64,000 nt of DNA from Candidatus Uhrbacteria bacterium (GTDB lineage Bacteria > Patescibacteriota > Patescibacteriia > JACQRZ01): positions 5,174 to 69,173 of the forward strand of contig JACPHV010000032.1 of the NCBI GenBank assembly GCA_016188385.1. Direction: 5' to 3'. Numbering within the stretch: the first letter of the stretch is position 1; each line of letters begins with the position of its first letter. The notes beneath the pieces were generated by a model. The model was not told the origin of the DNA. It searched no databases and saw only the letters and a list, made by a program, of their open reading frames with translations. A program made the translations under genes and the position numbers. Below are positions 58,846-64,000 of the stretch, piece after piece.

Positions 58846-59016
58846 GAGACCTCTGCAAAAGTCCATTTATGTATTTCTTCCGGCTCCTTTCCGCCCAATT
58901 TCGCCCCAATAAGATCCTAAACTTGTCGGAATACTCCAGTATTCCTTCGCGTTTATCATCCTTTTTGGAACGAAATTGAATCGGAAATGACCGGGAAGCT
59001 CTTTTTCAGAAGTCTC
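58846..59016 (-). mobile_element. MITE-like repeat, full-length 171-bp copy
   Basis: GAGACCTCTG...CAGAAGTCTC flanked by TATA on both sides; reverse complement of most of 15920-16090. Confidence 0.85.
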
Positions 59017-59049
59017 TATAGACAATTAATTCATCAACACTAGTATATT

Positions 59050-59367
59050 ATGAACGCCAAACAATTTATGAAAGGAGCAACGTTCGGAGCAGTGCTTGCT
59101 TCAGTCATGACACTATTGCTTGCCCCGCAGACAGGCAAACGTACCAGGAAGGAAGTTACGTCATTAATTACAACGCTTGCAAAACAGGTCCATGTACGGG
59201 CGGCGAAAGTAAAAAAATTATCGCAAAGCGCCTATAATGATGTAGTGCGGCAAGCGGTACAGGATTACGCAAAAAACAAAAAGGTTGCTGCCGGTTCGTA
59301 TGAAGACATCGTAAAAATCCTGCAAAGCAACTGGAAGGAAATTAAAAAAGCGCTCACCCATGAGTGA
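59050..59367 (+). CDS. YtxH-domain protein
   Basis: FMKGATFGAVLASVMTLLLAPQTGKRTRKE motif. Confidence 0.85.
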   Translation: MNAKQFMKGATFGAVLASVMTLLLAPQTGKRTRKEVTSLITTLAKQVHVRAAKVKKLSQSAYNDVVRQAVQDYAKNKKVAAGSYEDIVKILQSNWKEIKKALTHE

Positions 59368-59374
59368 ATGAGGT

Positions 59375-59818
59375 ATGCCGTATCGAATAAGACAAGAAAA
59401 CGATGAATACATAGTCAGTAGTGAGGGTCTGAAGGATCGAGATGCTTTTGTCGATGCGGCTCGAGGGGCATTTTCTTTGATCTATGATATTGAATCTGCC
59501 AGAGGTACGGATGAACGTGTCAAGATTGTTGTGGAGGCTAAAAGCATCGAGGAGCTGCTCGCTCACTGGATTGCCGAACTCATTGAGCGGCAGATGATCC
59601 ATGAAATCGTATACGCGGACTTTTCGATTGTCTCAATCCAGAAGATCAGCGCGCATCAATATCTGCTGACAGGCGCTGCCCATGGCGAAGCATACGATCG
59701 AAAAAAACACGTCTTTTCAAGGCCGGGGATCGAAGTGAAGACAAAAGGCCTGTCTTGCGCTCCGAATGGCAAGAATCATTATCTTTGCGAATTTCGTATA
59801 AAAAAACTCGAGTCATAG
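59375..59818 (+). CDS. Archease-like protein (divergent)
   Basis: EG...DAFVDAARGAFSLIYD, EELLAHWIAELI and L.G.AHGE.YD..KH....EVK match the archease fold. Confidence 0.7.
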   Translation: MPYRIRQENDEYIVSSEGLKDRDAFVDAARGAFSLIYDIESARGTDERVKIVVEAKSIEELLAHWIAELIERQMIHEIVYADFSIVSIQKISAHQYLLTGAAHGEAYDRKKHVFSRPGIEVKTKGLSCAPNGKNHYLCEFRIKKLES

Positions 59819-61315
59819 ATGAAACATGAGCATTTGATACAGCGGACACTGGAGGTAATTCCAGCGCTATTGGTATGGATTACATTTATCTTAGCGATCG
59901 GATTATCATTTCTACGGCCCGTATGGGTCATGTATTTTATCATTATTTTCGACCTGTACTGGTTGTTCCGCGTACTTTATTTCATCATGTATCTTGCAGT
60001 CGCGTGGCGTCGATACAGACGTTCGCTTCGGCAGGACTGGTATTCTGATCTCAAAGCAACATTCCCCAATTGGCGGGATTACTACCATCTCGTGTTTTTG
60101 CCGATGTATCGCGAGCCGTATGAGATTGTTTCGTCAACCCTTGATGCGCTGCTTGGTTCCGAATATCCCAATGATCGGTTTATCGTAGTCCTCGCGGGAG
60201 AAGAGAGGGCTCATGACTATTTTTCAGAGATCGCAGAACGGGTACGAACGGCATATGGAAATTCATTTTATCGTTTACTGGTGACCGAGCATCCTTCGGA
60301 TCTGCCCGATGAGATTCCTGCGAAGGGAGCAAATATCAATTATGCCGGTCACCAGGTAAAGCGGCTGATCGATGATCTTGGCATCGATTACGATAAAGTA
60401 ATCGTTTCGACCTTCGATATTGATACGATTGCTCACCAACAGTACTTCGCATGCCTTACCTACGCGTATGTATCGTCCGACAAACCAACCCGCTCAAGTT
60501 ATCAACCTGTTGTTTTATATAATAATACAATATGGCAGGCGTCAGCTCCAATGCGGCTTGCTGCGTTCAGCACGACGTTTTGGCTGATGACCGAGTTAGT
60601 GAGACCGGACCGACTTTTTACTTTTTCATCGCATAGCATGAGTTTTCGAGCTCTTGTGGATGTCGGTTTTTGGCAAAAAGACATTGTCAGTGAGGATTCT
60701 CGAATTTTTTTTCAGGGCTTTTTCCGCTACAACGGAGATTACCGTGTCACGCCTCTTTATATCCCCGTATCTATGGATACGGTTGCCGGGAAAACCGCTT
60801 GGGATGGCTTGAAGAACCTATACAAACAGCAGAGACGTTGGGCATGGGGAGTCGAGCATTTTCCGTATCTTGTTCGAACTATGTCACGAAACAACCGAAT
60901 TTCTTTTCGAAAGAAATTAAAGCTGCTCTGGATACAGATTGAAGGGATGTATACGTGGGCGACAGCGCCCATTGTTATTTTCGTTTTGGGCCGTCTCCCG
61001 TTAGCGGTTGCTGATTCACACGTCCAACAAAGCGTGCTTGCGCAGAATACGCCGATACTTCTCGAGATCCTATTGAATTTGAGCATGCTTGGCATATTGG
61101 TCATCGGCAGCATGTCATTTTTTCTTTTGCCTCCACGAGGAGCACATGTTTCTCGAAAGCGCTATATCTCAATGTTTTTTCAATGGGCTTTGCTCCCGTT
61201 TAGTTTGATTTTTTTTAGCTCCTTGCCCGCGATCGACGCGCAGACACGACTGATGCTTGGAAAGCACCTTGGCTTCAGCGTCACGGAAAAAGTGAGAGGA
61301 ACCAACCGACCGTGA
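59819..61315 (+). CDS. Membrane GT2 glycosyltransferase (processive-synthase-like)
   Basis: N- and C-terminal TM helices; PMYREP, KGAN, FDID, SED and QQRRWAWG (QxxRW) motifs. Confidence 0.88.
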   Translation: MKHEHLIQRTLEVIPALLVWITFILAIGLSFLRPVWVMYFIIIFDLYWLFRVLYFIMYLAVAWRRYRRSLRQDWYSDLKATFPNWRDYYHLVFLPMYREPYEIVSSTLDALLGSEYPNDRFIVVLAGEERAHDYFSEIAERVRTAYGNSFYRLLVTEHPSDLPDEIPAKGANINYAGHQVKRLIDDLGIDYDKVIVSTFDIDTIAHQQYFACLTYAYVSSDKPTRSSYQPVVLYNNTIWQASAPMRLAAFSTTFWLMTELVRPDRLFTFSSHSMSFRALVDVGFWQKDIVSEDSRIFFQGFFRYNGDYRVTPLYIPVSMDTVAGKTAWDGLKNLYKQQRRWAWGVEHFPYLVRTMSRNNRISFRKKLKLLWIQIEGMYTWATAPIVIFVLGRLPLAVADSHVQQSVLAQNTPILLEILLNLSMLGILVIGSMSFFLLPPRGAHVSRKRYISMFFQWALLPFSLIFFSSLPAIDAQTRLMLGKHLGFSVTEKVRGTNRP

Positions 61316-61351
61316 TTTGCCAGAGCGGTTAGATTCGGTCAGAATACAGTT

Positions 61352-61388
61352 GAGACCTCTGTAAAAGCATAATCCTCTATTCAGAGGC
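61352..61388. repeat. Degenerate MITE end or remnant
   Basis: GAGACCTCTGTAAAAG matches the end of the 58846 copy (GAGACCTCTGCAAAAG); CAGAGG partner at 61382-61387. Confidence 0.4.
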
Positions 61389-61408
61389 CACAAACGACAT
61401 TCTTGCCT

Positions 61409-62401
61409 ATGAGAGCCACAGTAACCATCAGTCTCGTCACATATAACAGCGCGGATCGAATCATTAATTGTCTGCGAAGCATACGATCCCAGACCTACTC
61501 GAATTGTAATCTGGTGGTGCTTGATAATGCCTCTTCGGATGATACCGCTGCAATCGTAGAGAAGCATGCGCCCGATGCTGAAGTCATCCGAGAAACCCGC
61601 AATACGGGCTTTGCCGCTGCGCATAACAGAATCATCGGGAGAGTAAGCAGTGATTACATCCTGGTGCTTAATGATGATTGTGCGCTTGAGCCTGACTATG
61701 TTGCCGCGCTCGTAGAACAGATGGAACAGTACCGAGACGCCGGTTCCGCGACTGGTGTATTGTATCGTATTGGATCCTTGACCGGCGGCTTTACTCGTGA
61801 TATTATTGATACCCTTGGTTTATGCATCAACCATTCATTTTATACGGGAAATATCGGATCAGGGGCACGTAAAAGTCTCGCTACGCGAGACCCGTTCATT
61901 GTGTTTGGAGTATCAGCGACAGCGGCATTGTATCGCAGAGAAGCGCTTGAGCAGTGCGCAAGTCTTTCCGGGGCAGATGCTAACGTAAAACAATATTTCG
62001 ACGAACAATTTTTTATCTATAAAGAAGATGCGGATCTCGCGGCTCGACTCTACCGATCGGGATGGAATGCGTATTGTGTTCCGAAGGCGGAAGGATACCA
62101 TGTGCGTTCCACGAAGTCGATGAGATTCAGCCGCAATGTTTCATGGATTAATCAGATATCGTATCGCAATCATCTGTGGTTCGTTTTCAAAAACATAGCG
62201 GCAGTTGATAGCATCCGCACCCATCTGACTGTGTGCGCCTATGAGGCGGTAAAAGTATTCTATCTTCTCATATGTGAGCCGCGCACTCTACGCGTACTGC
62301 CGGATTTTTTTAAGGGATTGCCGCTCATCATTAAAAAGCGAAAGAAAATTTTCTCAAGCGGGATTTCCTATCGAGCACTTCCGTTTTCCCGATGGATATA
62401 A
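61409..62401 (+). CDS. GT2 family glycosyltransferase
   Basis: VTYNS, DNASSD, NTGFAAAHN, LNDD and FFIYKEDADL motifs. Confidence 0.92.
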   Translation: MRATVTISLVTYNSADRIINCLRSIRSQTYSNCNLVVLDNASSDDTAAIVEKHAPDAEVIRETRNTGFAAAHNRIIGRVSSDYILVLNDDCALEPDYVAALVEQMEQYRDAGSATGVLYRIGSLTGGFTRDIIDTLGLCINHSFYTGNIGSGARKSLATRDPFIVFGVSATAALYRREALEQCASLSGADANVKQYFDEQFFIYKEDADLAARLYRSGWNAYCVPKAEGYHVRSTKSMRFSRNVSWINQISYRNHLWFVFKNIAAVDSIRTHLTVCAYEAVKVFYLLICEPRTLRVLPDFFKGLPLIIKKRKKIFSSGISYRALPFSRWI

Positions 62402-63213
62402 CAAGTATGATCGACTTATCAATTATCATCGTCAACTATAACGCGAGCGGATTAGTGCGTGAGTGCATAAAAGGTATCAAGCAATTGAATTCCAAGCTTA
62501 GCATTGAAATTCTTGTTGTCGATAACAGTCCGCGAGATGGGCTGCGCGATATGCTTATTGAACGGTTTCCCGATGCGCGATATATTCCGCAGAAGAGCAA
62601 TTGCGGTTTTGCGGCAGGAAACAATGCCGGTATCAGGCTTGCGCAAGGAAAATACGTGTTGCTTCTGAACTACGATATAACGCCTCTGGCGTATTCCATA
62701 GATTATCTATACGAATATCTTGAGAAGAACCCGAAGGTAGGTATGGTGGGGCCGCGGCTCATCAATCCGAATGGAACGATTCAGCAATCATTCTACCGCT
62801 TTCATTCATTATTGACTCCTCTCTATCGCAGACTCTGGATCGGAAGACTCGGTTTCGGAAGACGCCATCTTAATCGCTTTTTAATGGCGGATGCCGATAC
62901 ACAGGCGCCTTTTGATGTAGATTGGCTGTTGGGCGCCTGTCTCATGGTCCGCACTTCGTCAATCAAGTCGGTGGGCATGATGGATGAGAGATTTTTTCTT
63001 TATTTCGAAGATACTGATTGGTGTCGGCGGTTTTGGAAAGCCGGATTACCCGTGAGATATGTGCCGGAAGCGCGCATGGTTCATCTTCATCGGCGCGAGT
63101 CTGCGAAAGGGAACGGTATTCTCTCGCTCGCAAGAAAGACAACACGAATACATGTAGCAAGTTGGATGAAATATACTCTTAAGTGGCACACACATGGAAG
63201 ACGAGCTGTTTGA
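62392..63213 (+). CDS. GT2 family glycosyltransferase (WbbL-like rhamnosyltransferase)
   Basis: DLSIIIVNYN, GFAAGNN, LLNYD, VDWLLGACL and DERFFLYFEDTDWC motifs. The start may be 62407. Confidence 0.9.
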   Translation: MDITSMIDLSIIIVNYNASGLVRECIKGIKQLNSKLSIEILVVDNSPRDGLRDMLIERFPDARYIPQKSNCGFAAGNNAGIRLAQGKYVLLLNYDITPLAYSIDYLYEYLEKNPKVGMVGPRLINPNGTIQQSFYRFHSLLTPLYRRLWIGRLGFGRRHLNRFLMADADTQAPFDVDWLLGACLMVRTSSIKSVGMMDERFFLYFEDTDWCRRFWKAGLPVRYVPEARMVHLHRRESAKGNGILSLARKTTRIHVASWMKYTLKWHTHGRRAV

Positions 63214-64000
63214 TTCACGAAGCGGCATTATGCGAGGAGTGCTTGTGATCATACTATTGATCGTGATTGCTGCAGGCGTGCTCTATGGATATCGAACATG
63301 GAAACGTTTTGGTCTTGTCAATAAGATGGTCATTGACGTTCAGACTCATCTAACGAACGCGTCGCAAGATTTTTTGCCAGAAAATTTTTTCAACGCAAAA
63401 ATGGAGCTTCAGTCAGCCGCAAAGATACTCGATGACACGCGAGACATACTCGCATCGATCTCGGTATTGGGCGCTGTGCCGTTTACCGAGGATCGCTATC
63501 ATATCGCAGTTCAATTCAGCGAAGCAGCACATTCTTACATTGATACAGGCATCCAACTCGCAGAGCTTGTCGAGCACATTTCGGAATCTGCAATCACGCA
63601 AGACGGAACCATTTCATTCGCCGAAGTGACACCGGCGCAACGGGCAATTATTCTTGAGCGCACAGTACAATCGATACCGGCGTTTAATGGCATTAGGGCA
63701 AAACTTGCTTTACTCGCCCGCCAGCTTTCTTCGATCAACGATGAATCACTTGATGAACCTTATCGATTGATGAAGTACGACCTGTTGAAAAAAAGCGGAT
63801 TTATCGAGTATTCACTGGGACAGATCATTCCTTTTTTGGAAGTAGTCCCTCGATTTTTAGGATATGCGGATGATAAGACATATCTTATACTCTTTCAAGA
63901 CGTACGCCGTGTACGCGGTACGGGCGGATTGATAACGCTTTATGGCATTATGCGCGTTAAGGACGGAAGCATATCAGACTTCAAAGTTTCGAACCCTGAT
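63194..64000 (+). CDS. DUF4012-domain membrane-anchored protein, 3'-truncated by the window (absent from the ORF track)
   Basis: ATG at 63194 (MEDELFDSRSGIMRGVLVIILL...), open to the window end; PRFLGYADDKTYLILFQDVRRVRGTGGLITLYG resembles the DUF4012 core. Confidence 0.75.
   Translation, partial: MEDELFDSRSGIMRGVLVIILLIVIAAGVLYGYRTWKRFGLVNKMVIDVQTHLTNASQDFLPENFFNAKMELQSAAKILDDTRDILASISVLGAVPFTEDRYHIAVQFSEAAHSYIDTGIQLAELVEHISESAITQDGTISFAEVTPAQRAIILERTVQSIPAFNGIRAKLALLARQLSSINDESLDEPYRLMKYDLLKKSGFIEYSLGQIIPFLEVVPRFLGYADDKTYLILFQDVRRVRGTGGLITLYGIMRVKDGSISDFKVSNPD

Noticed and set aside
12935..59016. The dispersed GAGAC...GTCTC repeats as CRISPR repeats or integron attC sites
   Set aside because: They are not arrayed with spacers, occur in both orientations between core genes, lack RYYYAAC/GTTRRRY ends, and no integrase is present.
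1..64000. Alternative genetic code (TGA=Gly, as in Gracilibacteria/SR1)
   Set aside because: Conserved genes such as rarA, mraZ, ribBA and dnaX end at TGA at their expected lengths, and ORFs are intact under code 11.

Overview
This is bacterial chromosomal DNA in the standard genetic code, almost certainly from a Patescibacteria/CPR organism (Parcubacteria/ABY1-like). That placement is inferred from a short TsaB and HrcA, a motif-degenerate PriA, CPR-type surface repeat domains, a TraD/HerA-like ATPase module and a DUF4012 gene. Core genes: def-priA, clpB, tagA/wecB-tsaB-rarA, a partial dcw cluster (mraZ-rsmH-ftsL-ftsI-murF), gnd, tmk, ribBA-ribD, hrcA-grpE-dnaK-dnaJ, dnaX, gpmI, pepA and GT2 glycosyltransferases, plus tRNA-Glu(CTC) and tRNA-Gln(CTG). 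Accessory regions: an AT-rich block at 1-8.3 kb (large Cys-rich protein, small membrane proteins, vWA protein, NUDIX, iota-carbonic-anhydrase-like and ART-like proteins), a few genes after tRNA-Glu, and an islet after tRNA-Gln (histidine phosphatase, an AsnRS paralog lacking the anticodon domain, thioredoxin, NUDIX). Non-coding signals read from the sequence: (i) a dispersed family of at least 7 MITE-like hairpin elements with GAGAC...GTCTC ends and covarying stems, each sitting just after a -10-like hexamer; (ii) a variant CIRCE operator (TTAGCAATC-N9-GATTGCTAA) at both hrcA and clpB; (iii) MraZ boxes and a long structured mraZ leader. No CRISPR array, rRNA, transposase or integrase was seen. 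All calls come from reading motifs by eye; no database searches were run.
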